Assembly (NCBI GenBank): GCA_046563655.1
Contig: JAJCTO010000009.1
Span: forward strand, 1,054,001-1,118,000
Source: Yuukianura sp. NJ FZ-2021
Lineage: Eukaryota
Direction of reading: 5' to 3'
Length of the DNA: 64,000 nt
Shown: positions 49,501 through 64,000 of the stretch, in pieces
Position numbering within the stretch: the stretch's first letter is position 1
How the letters are laid out: each line of letters opens with the position of its first letter
The notes under the pieces: generated by a model
The model's database searches: none
The model's input: the letters and a program-made list of their open reading frames with translations, nothing else
Told to the model about the DNA's origin: nothing
Made by a program: the position numbers and the translations under genes

Positions 49501-52500
49501 ATCTGGTTAGAGCGTACTTAAAAGTTTGAATGAACCGTTCTGCCTCGGATTTTATCTTGGGTTGGAATACGGCACCCAGGGCAATGTCGAGCACCATTTT
49601 GACGCAAAACGACTTAAATTTGTGAGAATCAACATGCAAATGTGAGAATGAACAGAAAGTAATATATATTTTTGAAATCCTCATTAAAAGTGCTACAGGA
49701 ACCCACTTTCACTTGCTGTGTCGTCCCTCATCTAGTTACCTTTATTTATGAAAATTCATGTTTCAAAACAAAGAATTCAAAAGAAATGCATTCCGGAACG
49801 ATGTTGAATAAAAGTCAGCTACATTTTTGAAATCCTCATAAAAAAGGCTAAAGGAGCCCACTTTCGCTTGCTGTGTTGTCCTTCATCTCGTGACTTTTTT
49901 TATGAAAATTTGTTTCAAAACAAATCATTCGAAAAACCTGCGCGCGGAGCGATGCCGGGTGAAAATGAGTTACTTTTCTGAAATGCTCCTGAAAAGTACT
50001 ACAGGAACCCAAGTTTATTTGGCGTGGATAGATCGCAATTAAATCTGGTTAGAGCGTACTTAAAAGTTTGAATGAACCGTTCTGCCTCGGATTTTATCTT
50101 GGGTTGGAATACGGCACCCAGGGCAATGTCGAGCACCATTTTGACGCAAAACGACTTAAATTTGTGAGAATCAACATGCAAATGTGAGAATGAACAGAAA
50201 GTAATATATATTTTTGAAATCCTCATTAAAAGTGCTACAGGAACCCACTTTCACTTGCTGTGTCGTCCCTCATCTAGTTACCTTTATTTATGAAAATTCA
50301 TGTTTCAAAACAAAGAATTCGAAAAACCTGCGCGCGGAGAGATGCCTGATGAAAACGAGTTACTTTTCTGTAATCCTCCTGAAAAGAACTACAGGAACCC
50401 AAGTTTAGTTGGCGTGGATAGATCGCCATTAAATCTGCTTAGAGCGTACTTAAAAGTCTGAATGAACCGCTCTGCATCGGAGTTTATCTTGGGTTGGAAT
50501 ACGGCACCCAGGGCAATGTCGAGCACCATTTTGACGCAAAACGACTTAAATTTGTGAGAATCAACATGCAAATGTGAGAATGAACAGAAAGTAATATATA
50601 TTTTTGAAATCCTCATTAAAAGTGCTACAGGAACCCACTTTCGCTTGCTGTGTCGTTTCTCATCTAGTTACCTTTATTTATGAAAATTCATGTTTCAAAA
50701 CAAAGAATTCAAAAGAAATGCATTCCGGAACGATGCTGGGTAAAAGTCAACTATATTTTTGAAACCTCATAAAAAGGGCTACAGGAACCCACTTTCACTT
50801 GCTGTGTCGTCCCTCATCTCGTGACTTTTTTTATGAAAATTTGTTTCAAAACAAATCATTCGAAAAACCTTCACGCGGAGCGATGCCGGGTGAAAATGAG
50901 TTACTTTTTTGAAATCCTCCTGAAAAGTACTACAGGAACCCAAGTTTAATTGGCGTGGATAGATCGCAATTAAATCTGGTTAGAGCGTACTTAAAAGTTT
51001 GAATGAACCGTTCTGCCTCGGATTTTATCTTGGGTTGGAATACGGCACCCAGGGCAATGTCGAGCACCATTTTGACGCAAAACGACTTAAATTTGTGAGA
51101 ATCAACATGCAAATGTGAGAATGAACAGAAAGTAATATATATTTTTGAAATCCTCATTAAAAGTGCTACAGGAACCCACTTTCACTTGCTGTGTCGTCCC
51201 TCATCTAGTTACCTTTATTTATGAAAATTCATGTTTCAAAACAAAGAATTCAAAAGAAATGCATTCCGGAACGATGTTGAATAAAAGTCAGCTACATTTT
51301 TGAAATCCTCATAAAAAAGGCTAAAGGAGCATACTTTCGCTTGCTGTGTTGTCCTTCATCTCGTGACTTTTTTTTATGAAAATTTGTTTCAAAACAAATC
51401 ATTCGAAAAACCTGCGCGCGGAGCGATGCCGGGTGAAAATGAGTTACTTTTCTGAAATCCTCCTGAAAAGTACTACAGGAACCCAAGTTTAACTGGCGTG
51501 GATAGATCGCAATTAAATCTGGTTAGAGCGTACTTAAAAGTTTGAATGAACCGTTCTGCCTCGGATTTTATCTTGGGTTGGAATACGGCACCCAGGGCAA
51601 TGTCGAGCACCATTTTGACGCAAAACGACTTAAATTTGTGAGAATGAACATGCAAATGTGAGAATGAACAGAAAGTAATATATATTTTTGAAATCCTCAT
51701 TAAAAGTGCTACAGGAACCCACTTTCACTTGCTGTGTCGTCCCTCATCTAGTTACCTTTATTTATGAAAATTCATGTTTCAAAACAAAGAATTCAAAAGA
51801 AATGCATTCCGGAACGATGCTGGGTAAAAGTCAACTATATTTTTGAAACCTCATAAAAAGGGCTACAGGAACCCACTTTCACTTGCTGTGTCGTCCCTCA
51901 TCTCGTGACTTTTTTTTATGAAAATTTGTTTCAAAACAAATCATTCGAAAAACCTGCACGCGGAGCGATGCCGGGTGAAAATGTGTTACTTTTCTGAAAT
52001 CCTCCTGAAAAGTACTACAGGAACCCAAGTTTAATTGGCGTGGATAGATCGCAATTAAATCTGGTTAGAGCGTACTTAAAAGTTTGAATGAACCGTTCTG
52101 CCTCGGATTTTATCTTGGGTTGGAATACGGCACCCAGGGCAATGTCGAGCACCATTTTGACGCAAAACGACTTAAATTTGTGAGAATCAACATGCAAATG
52201 TGAGAATGAACAGAAAGTAATATATATTTTTGAAATCCTCATTAAAAGTGCTACAGGAACCCACTTTCACTTGCTGTGTCGTCCCTCATCTAGTTACCTT
52301 TATTTATGAAAATTCATGTTTCAAAACAAACGTGACTTTTTTTATGAAAATTTGTTTCAAAACAAATCATTCGAAAAACCTGCGCGCGGAGCGATGCCGG
52401 GTGAAAATGAGTTACTTTTCTGAAATGCTCCTGAAAAGTACTACAGGAACCCAAGTTTATTTGGCGTGGATAGATCGCAATTAAATCTGGTTAGAGCGTA

Positions 52501-55500
52501 CTTAAAAGTTTGAATGAACCGTTCTGCCTCGGATTTTATCTTGGGTTGGAATACGGCACCCAGCGCAATGTCGAGCACCATTTTGACGCAAAACGACTTA
52601 AATTTGTGAGAATCAACATGCAAATGTGAGAATGAACAGAAAGTAATATATATTTTTGAAATCCTCATTAAAAGTGCTACAGGAACCCACTTTCACTTGC
52701 TGTGTCGTCCCTCATCTAGTTACCTTTATTTATGAAAATTCATGTTTCAAAACAAAGAATTCGAAAAACCTGCGCGCGGAGCGATGCCGGGTGAAAATGA
52801 GTTACTTTTCTGAAATGCTCCTGAAAAGTACTACAGGAACCCAAGTTTAGTTGGCGTGGATAGATCGCAATTAAATCTGGTTAGAGCGTACTTAAAAGTC
52901 TGAATGAACCGCTCTGTCTCGAATATTATCTTGGGTTGGTACATGGCACCCAGGGCAATGTCGAGCACCATTTTGACGCAAAACGACTTAAATTTGTGAG
53001 AATGAACATGCAAATGTGAGAATGAACAGAAAGTAATATATATTTTTGAAATCCTCATTAAAAGTGCTACAGGAACCCACTTTCACTTGCTGTGTCGTCC
53101 CTCATCTAGTTACCTTTATTTATGAAAATTCATGTTTCAAAACAAAGAATTCAAAAGAAATGCATTCCGAAACGATGCTGAATAAAAGTCAGCTACATTT
53201 TTGAAATCCTCATAAAAAAGGCTAAAGGAGCCCACTTTCGCTTGCTGTGTTGTCCTTCATCTCGTGACTTTTTTTATGAAAATTTGTTTCAAAACAAATC
53301 ATTCGAAAAACCTGCGCGCGGAGCGATGCCGGGTGAAAATGAGTTACTTTTCTGAAATGCCCCTGAAAAGTACTACAGGAACCCAAGTTTATTTGGCGTG
53401 GATAGATCGCAATTAAATCTGGTTAGAGCGTACTTAAAAGTTTGAATGAACCGTTCTGCCTCGGATTTTATCTTTGGTTGGAATACGGCACCCAGCGCAA
53501 TGTCGAGCACCATTTTGACGCAAAACGACTTAAATTTGTGAGAATCAACATGCAAATGTGAGAATGAACAGAAAGTAATATATATTTTTGAAATCCTCAT
53601 TAAAAGTGCTACAGGAACCCACTTTCGCTTGCTGTGTCGTCCCTCATCTAGTTACCTTTATTTATGAAAATTCATGTTTCAAAACAAAGAATTCGAAAAA
53701 CCTGCGCGCGGAGCGATGCCGGGTGAAAAGCAATGCATTTTGACGCAAAACGATGTGAGAATGAAAAGTCAGCTACATTTTTGAAATCCTCATAAAAAAG
53801 GCTAAAGGAGCCCACTTTCGCTTGCTGTGTTGTCCTTCATCTCGTGACTTTTTTTATGAAAATTTGTTTCAAAACAAATCATTCGAAAAACCTGCGCGCG
53901 GAGCGATGCCGGGTGAAAATGAGTTACTTTTCTGAAATGCTCCTGAAAAGTACTACAGGAACCCAAGTTTATTTGGCGTGGATAGATCGCAATTAAATCT
54001 GGTTAGAGCGTACTTAAAAGTTTGAATGAACCGTTCTGCCTCGGATTTTATCTTGGGTTGGAATACGGCACCCAGGGCAATGTCGAGCACCATTTTGACG
54101 CAAAACGACTTAAATTTGTGAGAATCAACATGCAAATGTGAGAATGAACAGAAAGTAATATATATTTTTGAAATCCTCATTAAAAGTGCTACAGGAACCC
54201 ACTTTCACTTGCTGTGTCGTCCCTCATCTAGTTACCTTTATTTATGAAAATTCATGTTTCAAAACAAAGAATTCAAAAGAAATGCATTCCGGAACGATGC
54301 TGGGTAAAAGTCAACTATATTTTTGAAATCCTCATAAAAAGGGCTACAGGAACCCACTTTCACTTGCTGTGTCGTCCCTCATCTCGTGATTTTTTTTATG
54401 AAAATTTGTTTCAAAACAAATCATTCGAAAAACCTGCACGCGGAGCGATGCCGGGTGAAAATGTATTACTTTTCTGAAATCCTCCTGAAAAGTACTACAG
54501 GAACCCAAGTTTAATTGGCGTGGATAGATCGCAATTAAATCTGGTTAGAGCGTACTTAAAAGTTTGAATGAACCGTTCTGCCTCGGATTTTATCTTGGGT
54601 TGGAATACGGCACCCAGGGCAATGTCGAGCACCATTTTGACGCAAAACGACTTAAATTTGTGAGAATCAACATGCAAATGTGAGAATGAACAGAAAGTAA
54701 TATATATTTTTGAAATCCTCATTAAAAGTGCTACAGGAACCCACTTTCACTTGCTGTGTCGTCCCTCATCTAGTTACCTTTATTTATGAAAATTCATGTT
54801 TCAAAACAAAGAATTCAAAAGAAATGCATTCCGGAACGGTGCTGAATAAAAGTCAACTACATCTTTGAAATCCCCATAAAAAAGGCTACAGGAGCCCACT
54901 TTCACTTGCTGTGTTGTCCCTCATCTCGTGACTTTTTTTTTATGAAAATTTGTTTCAAAACAAATCATTCGAAAAACCTTCACGCGGAGCGATGCCGGGT
55001 GAAAATGAGTTACTTTTTTGAAATCCTCCTGAAAAGTACTACAGGAACCCAAGTTTAATTGGCGTGGATAGATCGCAATTAAATCTGGTTAGAGCGTACT
55101 TAAAAGTTTGAATGAACCGTTCTGCCTCGGATTTTATCTTGGGTTGGAATACGGCACCCAGGGCAATGTCGAGCACCATTTTGACGCAAAACGACTTAAA
55201 TTTGTGAGAATCAACATGCAAATGTGAGAATGAACAGAAAGTAATATATATTTTTGAAATCCTCATTAAAAGTGCTACAGGAACCCACTTTCACTTGCTG
55301 TGTCGTCCCTCATCTAGTTACCTTTATTTATGAAAATTCATGTTTCAAAACAAAGAATTCTCATTCGAAAAACCTGCACGCGGAGCGATGCCAGGTGAAA
55401 ATGAGTTACTTTTCTGAAATCCTCCTGAAAAGTACTACAGGAACCCAAGTTTAATTGGCGTGGATAGATCGCAATTAAATCTGGTTAGAGCGTACTTAAA

Positions 55501-58500
55501 AGTTTGAATGAACCGCTCTGCCTCGGATTTTATCTTGGGTTGGAATACGGCACCCAGGGCAATGTCGAGCACCATTTTGACGCAAAACGACTTAAACTTG
55601 TGAGAATGAATATGCAAATGTGAGAATGAACAGAAAGTAAATTACATTTTTGAAATCCTCATTAAAAGTGCTACAGGAACCCACTTTCACTTGCTGTGTC
55701 GTCCCTCATCTAGTTACCTTTATTTATGAAAATTCATGTTTCAAAACAAAGAATTCAAAAGAAATGCATTCCAGAACGATGCTGGGTAAAAGTCAACTAT
55801 ATTTTTGAAATACTCATAAAAAGGGCTACAGGAACCCACTTTCACTTGCTGTGTCGTCCCTCATCTCGTGACTTTTTTTTATGAAAATTTGTTTCAAAAC
55901 AAATCATTCGAAAAACCTGCACGCGGAGCGATGCCGGGTGAAAATGTGTTACTTTTCTGAAATCCTCCTGAAAAGTACTACAGGAACCCAAGTTTAATTG
56001 GCGTGGATAGATCGCAATTAAATCTGGTTAGAGCGTACTTAAAAGTTTGAATGAACCGTTCTGCCTCGGATTTTATCTTGGGTTGGAATACGGCACCCAG
56101 GGCAATGTCGAGCACCATTTTGACGCAAAACGACTTAAATTTGTGAGAATCAACATGCAAATGTGAGAATGAACAGAAAGTAATATATATTTTTGAAATC
56201 CTCATTAAAAGTGCTACAGGAACCCACTTTCACTTGCTGTGTCGTCCCTCATCTAGTTACCTTTATTTATGAAAATTCATGTTTCAAAACAAAGAATTCA
56301 AAAGAAATGCATTCCGAAACGATGCTGAATAAAAGTCAGCTACATTTTTGAAATCCTCATAAAAAAGGCTAAAGGAGCCCACTTTCGCTTGCTGTGTTGT
56401 CCTTCATCTCGTGACTTTTTTTATGAAAATTTGTTTCAAAACAAATCATTCGAAAAACCTGCGCGCGGAGCGATGCCGGGTGAAAATGAGTTACTTTTCT
56501 GAAATGCTCCTGAAAAGTACTACAGGAACCCAAGTTTATTTGGCGTGGATAGATCGCAATTAAATCTGGTTAGAGCGTACTTAAAAGTTTGAATGAACCG
56601 TTCTGCCTCGGATTTTATCTTGGGTTGGAATACGGCACCCAGGGCAATGTCGAGCACCATTTTGACGCAAAACGACTTAAATTTGTGAGAATCAACATGC
56701 AAATGTGAGAATGAACAGAAAGTAATATATATTTTTGAAATCCTCATTAAAAGTGCTACAGGAACCCACTTTCACTTGCTGTGTCGTCCCTCATCTAGTT
56801 ACCTTTATTTATGAAAATTCATGTTTCAAAACAAAGAATTCAAAAGAAATGCATTCCGGAACGATGCTGGGTAAAAGTCAACTATATTTTTGAAACCTCA
56901 TAAAAAGGGCTACAGGAACCCACTTTCACTTGCTGTGTCGTCCCTCATCTCGTGACTTTTTTTTATGAAAATTTGTTTCAAAACAAATCATTCGAAAAAC
57001 CTGCACGCGGAGCGATGCCGGGTGAAAATGTATTACTTTTCTGAAATCCTCCTGAAAAGTACTACAGGAACCCAAGTTTAATTGGCGTGGATAGATCGCA
57101 ATTAAATCTGGTTAGAGCGTACTTAAAAGTTTGAATGAACCGTTCTGCCTCGGATTTTATCTTGGGTTGGAATACGGCACCCAGGGCAATGTCGAGCACC
57201 ATTTTGACGCAAAACGACTTAAATTTGTGAGAATCAACATGCAAATGTGAGAATGAACAGAAAGTAATATATATTTTTGAAATCCTCATTAAAAGTGCTA
57301 CAGGAACCCACTTTCACTTGCTGTGTCGTCCCTCATCTAGTTACCTTTATTTATGAAAATTCATGTTTCAAAACAAAGAATTCGAAAAACCTGCGCGCGG
57401 AGCGATGCCGGGTGAAAATGAGTTACTTTTCTGAAATCCTCCTGAAAAGTACTACAGGAACCCAAGTTTAATTGGCGTGGATAGATCGCAATTAAATCTG
57501 GTTAGAGCGTACTTAAAAGTCTGAATGAACCGCTCTGTCTCGAATATTATCTTGGGTTGGTACATGGCACCCAGGGCAATGTCGAGCACCATTTTGACGC
57601 AAAACGACTTAAATTTGTGAGAATGAACATGCAAATGTGAGAATGAACAGAAAGTAAATTACATTTTTGAAATCCTCATGAAAAGTGCTACAGGAACCCA
57701 CTTTAACTTGCTGTGTCGTCCATCATCTTGTTACCTTTATTTATGAAAATTCATGTTTCAAAACAAAGAATTCAAAAGAAATGCATTCCGGAACGATGCT
57801 GGGTAAAAGTCAACTATATTTTTGAAATCCTCATAAAAAGGGCTACAGGAACCCACTTTCACTTGCTGTGTCGTCCCTCATCTCGTGACTTTTTTATGAA
57901 AATTTGTTTCAAAACAAATCATTCGAAAAACCTGCACGCGGAGCGATGCCGGGTGAAAATGTGTTACTTTTCTGAAATCCTCCTGAAAAGTACTACAGGA
58001 ACCCAAGTTTAATTGGCGTGGATAGATCGCAATTAAATCTGGTTAGAGCGTACTTAAAAGTTTGAATGAACCGTTCTGCCTCGGATTTTATCTTGGTTGG
58101 AATACGGCACCCAGGGCAATGTCGAGCACCATTTTGACGCAAAACGACTTAAATTTGTGAGAATCAACATGCAAATGTGAGAATGAACAGAAAGTAATAT
58201 ATATTTTTGAAATCCTCATTAAAAGTGCTACAGGAACCCACTTTCACTTGCTGTGTCGTCCCTCATCTAGTTACCTTTATTTATGAAAATTCATGTTTCA
58301 AAACAAAGAATTCAAAAGAAATGCATTCCGGAACGATGCTGGGTAAAAGTCAACTATATTTTTGAAACCTCATAAAAAGGGCTACAGGAACCCACTTTCA
58401 CTTGCTGTGTCGTCCCTCATCTCGTGACTTTTTTTATGAAAATTTGTTTCAAAACAAATCATTCGAAAAACCTGCACGCGGAGCGATGCCGGGTGAAAAT

Positions 58501-61500
58501 GTGTTACTTTTCTGAAATCCTCCTGAAAAGTACTACAGGAACCCAAGTTTAATTGGCGTGGATAGATCGCAATTAAATCTGGTTAGAGCGTACTTAAAAG
58601 TTTGAATGAACCGTTCTGCCTCGGATTTTATCTTGGGTTGGAATACGGCACCCAGGGCAATGTCGAGCACCATTTTGACGCAAAACGACTTAAATTTGTG
58701 AGAATCAACATGCAAATGTGAGAATGAACAGAAAGTAATATATATTTTTGAAATCCTCATTAAAAGTGCTACAGGAACCCACTTTCACTTGCTGTGTCGT
58801 CCCTCATCTAGTTACCTTTATTTATGAAAATTCATGTTTCAAAACAAAGAATTCAAAAGAAATGCATTCCGGAACGATGTTGAATAAAAGTCAGCTACAT
58901 TTTTGAAATCCTCATAAAAAAGGCTAAAGGAGCCCACTTTCGCTTGCTGTGTTGTCCTTCATCTCGTGACTTTTTTATGAAAATTTGTTTCAAAACAAAT
59001 CATTCGAAAAACCTGCGCGCGGAGCGATGCCGGGTGAAAATGAGTTACTTTTCTGAAATGCTCCTGAAAAGTACTACAGGAACCCAAGTTTAATTTGGCG
59101 TGGATAGATCGCAATTAAATCTGGTTAGAGCGTACTTAAAAGTTTGAATGAACCGTTCTGCCTCGGATTTTATCTTGGGTTGGAATACGGCACCCAGGGC
59201 AATGTCGAGCACCATTTTGACGCAAAACGACTTAAATTTGTGAGAATCAACATGCAAATGTGAGAATGAACAGAAAGTAATATATATTTTTGAAATCCTC
59301 ATTAAAAGTGCTACAGGAACCCACTTTCACTTGCTGTGTCGTCCCTCATCTAGTTACCTTTATTTATGAAAATTCATGTTTCAAAACAAAGAATTCAAAA
59401 GAAATGCATTCCGGAACGGTGCTGAATAAAAGTCAACTACATTTTTGAAATCCTCATAAAAAAGGCTAAAGGAGCCCACTTTCGCTTGCTGTGTTGTCCT
59501 TCATCTCGTGACTTTTTTTATGAAAATTTGTTTCAAAACAAATCATTCGAAAAACCTTCACGCGGAGCGATGCCGGGTGAAAATGAGTTACTTTTCTGAA
59601 ATCCTCCTGAAAAGTACTACAGGAACCCAAGTTTAATTGGCGTGGATAGATCGCAATTAAATCTGGTTAGAGCGTACTTAAAAGTTTGAATGAACCGTTC
59701 TGCCTCGGATTTTATCTTGGTTTGGAATACGGCACCCAGGGCAATGTCGAGCACCATTTTGACGCAAAACGACTTAAATTTGTGAGAATGAACATGCAAA
59801 TGTGAGAATGAACAGAAAGTAATATATATTTTTGAAATCCTCATTAAAAGTGCTACAGGAACCCACTTTCACTTGCTGTGTCGTCCCTCATCTAGTTACC
59901 TTTATTTATGAAAATTCATGTTTCAAAACAAAGAATTCAAAAGAAATGCATTCCGGAACGATGCCAGGTAAAAGTCAACTATATTTTTGAAATCCTCCTA
60001 AAAAAGGCTACAGGAACCCAAGTTTAATTGGCGTGGATAGATCGCAATTAAATCTGGTTAGAGCGTACTTAAAAGTTTGAATGAACCGCTCTGCCTCGGA
60101 TTTTATCTTGGGTTGGAATACGGCACCCAGGGCAATGTCGAGCACCATTTTGACGCAAAACGACTTAAATTTGTGAGAATCAACATGCAAATGTGAGAAT
60201 GAACAGAAAGTAATATATATTTTTGAAATCCTCATTAAAAGTGCTACAGGAACCCACTTTCACTTGCTGTGTCGTCCCTCATCTAGTTACCTTTATTTAT
60301 GAAAATTCATGTTTCAAAACAAAGAATTCAAAAGAAATGCATTCCGGAACGATGCTGGGTAAAAGTCAACTATATTTTTGAAACCTCATAAAAAGGGCTA
60401 CAGGAACCCACTTTCACTTGCTGTGTCGTCCCTCATCTCGTGACTTTTTTTATGAAAATTTGTTTCAAAACAAATCATTCGAAAAACCTGCACGCGGAGC
60501 GATGCCGGGTGAAAATGTGTTACTTTTCTGAAATCCTCCTGAAAAGTACTACAGGAACCCAAGTTTAATTGGCGTGGATAGATCGCAATTAAATCTGGTT
60601 AGAGCGTACTTAAAAGTTTGAATGAACCGTTCTGCCTCGGATTTTATCTTGGGTTGGAATACGGCACCCAGGGCAATGTCGAGCACCATTTTGACGCAAA
60701 ACGACTTAAATTTGTGAGAATCAACATGCAAATGTGAGAATAAACAGAAAGTAATATATATTTTTGAAATCCTCATTAAAAGTGCTACAGGAACCCACTT
60801 TCACTTGCTGTGTCGTCCCTCATCTAGTTACCTTTATTTATGAAAATTCATGTTTCAAAACAAAGAATTCAAAAGAAATGCATTCCGGAACGATGTTGAA
60901 TAAAAGTCAGCTACATTTTTGAAATCCTCATAAAAAAGGCTAAAGGAGCCCACTTTCGCTTGCTGTGTTGTCCTTCATCTCGTGACTTTTTTTATGAAAA
61001 TTTGTTTCAAAACAAATCATTCGAAAAACCTGCGCGCGGAGCGATGCCGGGTGAAAATGAGTTACTTTTCTGAAATGCTCCTGAAAAGTACTACAGGAAC
61101 CCAAGTTTAATTTGGCGTGGATAGATCGCAATTAAATCTGGTTAGAGCGTACTTAAAAGTTTGAATGAACCGTTCTGCCTCGGATTTTATCTTGGGTTGG
61201 AATACGGCACCCAGGGCAATGTCGAGCACCATTTTGACGCAAAACGACTTAAATTTGTGAGAATCAACATGCAAATGTGAGAATGAACAGAAAGTAATAT
61301 ATATTTTTGAAATCCTCATTAAAAGTGCTACAGGAACCCACTTTCACTTGCTGTGTCGTCCCTCATCTAGTTACCTTTATTTATGAAAATTCATGTTTCA
61401 AAACAAAGAATTCAAAAGAAATGCATTCCGGAACGATGCTGGGTAAAAGTCAACTATATTTTTGAAATCCTCATAAAAAAGGGCTACAGGAACCCACTTT

Positions 61501-64000
61501 CACTTGCTGTGTCGTCCCTCATCTCGTGACTTTTTTTATGAAAATTTGTTTCAAAACAAATCATTCGAAAAACCTGCACGCGGAGCGATGCCGGGTGAAA
61601 ATGTGTTACTTTTCTGAAATCCTCCTGAAAAGTACTACAGGAACCCAAGTTTAATTGGCGTGGATAGATCGCAATTAAATCTGGTTAGAGCGTACTTAAA
61701 AGTTTGAATGAACCGTTCTGCCTCGGATTTTATCTTGGGTTGGAATACGGCACCCAGGGCAATGTCGAGCACCATTTTGACGCAAAACGACTTAAATTTG
61801 TGAGAATCAACATGCAAATGTGAGAATGAACAGAAAGTAATATATATTTTTGAAATCCTCATTAAAAGTGCTACAGGAACCCACTTTCGCTTGCTGTGTC
61901 GTCCCTCATCTAGTTACCTTTATTTATGAAAATTCATGTTTCAAAACAAAGAATTCAAAAGAAATGCATTCCGGAACGATGCTGGGTAAAAGTCAACTAT
62001 ATTTTTGAAATCCTCATAAAAAGGGCTACAGGAACCCACTTTCACTTGCTGTGTCGTCCCTCATCTCGTGACTTTTTTTATGAAAATTTGTTTCAAAACA
62101 AATCATTCGAAAAACCTGCACGCGGAGCGATGCCGGGTGAAAATGTGTTACTTTTCTGAAATCCTCCTGAAAAGTACTACAGGAACCCAAGTTTAATTGG
62201 CGTGGATAGATCGCAATTAAATCTGGTTAGAGCGTACTTAAAAGTTTGAATGAACCGTTCTGCCTCGGATTTTATCTTGGGTTGGAATACGGCACCCAGG
62301 GCAATGTCGAGCACCATTTTGACGCAAAACGACTTAAATTTGTGAGAATCAACATGCAAATGTGAGAATGAACAGAAAGTAATATATATTTTTGAAATCC
62401 TCATTAAAAGTGCTACAGGAACCCACTTTCACTTGCTGTGTCGTCCCTCATCTAGTTACCTTTATTTATGAAAATTCATGTTTCAAAACAAAGAACTCAA
62501 AAGAAATGCATTCCGGAACGGTGCTGAATAAAAGTCAGCTACATTTTTGAAATCCTCATAAAAAAGGCTAAAGGAGCCCACTTTCGCTTGCTGTGTTGTC
62601 CTTCATCTCGTTACTTTTTTTATGAAAATTTGTTTCAAAACAAATCATTCGAAAAACCTGCACGCGGAGCGATGCCGGGTGAAAATGAGTTACTTTTCTG
62701 AAATCCTCCTGAAAAGTACTACAGGAACCCAAATTTAATTGGCGTGGATAGATCGCAATTAAATCTGGTTAGAGCGTACTTAAAAGTTTGAATGAACCGT
62801 TCTGCCTCGGATTTTATCTTGGGTTGGAATACGGCACCCAGGGCAATGTCGAGCACCATTTTGACGCAAAACGACTTAAATTTGTGAGAATGAACATGCA
62901 AATGTGAGAATGAACAGAAAGTAATATATATTTTTGAAATCCTCATTAAAAGTGCTACAGGAACCCACTTTCACTTGCTGTGTCGTCCCTCATCTAGTTA
63001 CCTTTATTTATAAAAATTCATGTTTCAAAACAAAGAATTCAAAAGAAATGCATTCCGGAACGATGCTGGGTAAAAGTCAACTACATCTTTGAAATCCTCA
63101 TAAAAAAGGCTACAGGAACCCACTTTCACTTGCTGTGTCGTCCCTCATCTCGTGACTTTTTTTATGAAAATTTGTTTCAAAACAAATCATTCGAAAAACC
63201 TGCACGCGGAGCGATGCCGGGTGAAAATGTGTTACTTTTCTGAAATCCTCCTGAAAAGTACTACAGGAACCCAAGTTTAATTGGCGTGGATAGATCGCAA
63301 TTAAATCTGGTTAGAGCGTACTTAAAAGTTTGAATGAACCGTTCTGCCTCGGATTTTATCTTGGGTTGGAATACGGCACCCAGGGCAATGTCGAGCACCA
63401 TTTTGACGCAAAACGACTTAAATTTGTGAGAATCAACATGCAAATGTGAGAATGAACAGAAAGTAATATATATTTTTGAAATCCTCATTAAAAGTGCTAC
63501 AGGAACCCACTTTCACTTGCTGTGTCGTCCCTCATCTAGTTACCTTTATTTATGAAAATTCATGTTTCAAAACAAAGAATTCAAAAGAAATGCATTCCGG
63601 AACGATGCTGGGTAAAAGTCAACTATATTTTTGAAACCTCATAAAAAGGGCTACAGGAACCCACTTTCACTTGCTGTGTCGTCCCTCATCTCGTGACTTT
63701 TTTTATGAAAATTTGTTTCAAAACAAATCATTCGAAAAACCTGCACGCGGAGCGATGCCGGGTGAAAATGTGTTACTTTTCTGAAATCCTCCTGAAAAGT
63801 ACTACAGGAACCCAAGTTTAATTGGCGTGGATAGATCGCAATTAAATCTGGTTAGAGCGTACTTAAAAGTTTGAATGAACCGTTCTGCCTCGGATTTTAT
63901 CTTGGGTTGGAATACGGCACCCAGGGCAATGTCGAGCACCATTTTGACGCAAAACGACTTAAATTTGTGAGAATCAACATGCAAATGTGAGAATGAACAG
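37531..64000. repeat. Composite satellite array, right domain: mostly ~542-bp A-B-C units plus 390-bp AB-fusion/C units
   Basis: C-to-C spacing is mostly 541-543, sometimes 390. Near-fixed variants are AAAGTTTGAATGAACCGTTCT, GAGAATCAAC, GTAATATATAT, CTCATTAAAAGTG, TCTAGTTACC and TTCGAAAAACCTGC. The array continues past the window end. Confidence 0.95.

Noticed and set aside
192..63984. Numerous 60-100 aa ORFs outside the retrotransposon (MSFLILL..., MHVHSHK..., MRISKIY..., MKSSLKV...)
   Set aside because: They are translations of satellite monomers. Many rely on GTG/TTG starts, they are freely broken by indels in T/A runs, and they have no recognisable domain.
1..64000. CRISPR-like regular repeat of CTACAGGAACCCA
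   Set aside because: The intervening sequences are themselves repeated rather than unique spacers, the period is 151-236 bp, and there are no cas genes.

Overview
Eukaryotic-type tandem satellite array, about 58 kb of the 64 kb, all in one orientation. It is built from three related monomers that share a GAAATCCTC..AAAAG..CTACAGGAACCCA head: A (155 bp), B (151-152 bp) and C (236 bp), arranged as (A)n-B-C. The array has two sequence-variant domains: a heterogeneous left domain (n=0-8) and a more uniform right domain dominated by a ~542-bp ABC unit, with a transition at about 34-37.8 kb. One intact ~5.67-kb non-LTR retrotransposon (12277-17941, + strand) interrupts the array. It has a DUF4780-like ORF1, an ORF2 with APE endonuclease, RT, RNase H and CCHC domains (LOA/R1-group architecture), a (CATA)4 tail and a perfect 13-bp target-site duplication. 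Notable points: (1) both ends of the element carry short copies of the satellite dyad it inserted beside; (2) it sits in a rare satellite variant that gives TA microhomology to its tail; (3) its 5' ~450 nt has dense potential base-pairing yet is also an open frame; (4) a 68-codon ORF bridges ORF1 and ORF2 with an ATGA stop/start overlap. The many short ORFs in the satellite are repeat artefacts. Host species and centromere status cannot be determined from the sequence alone, and a few scrambled monomers may be assembly artefacts.
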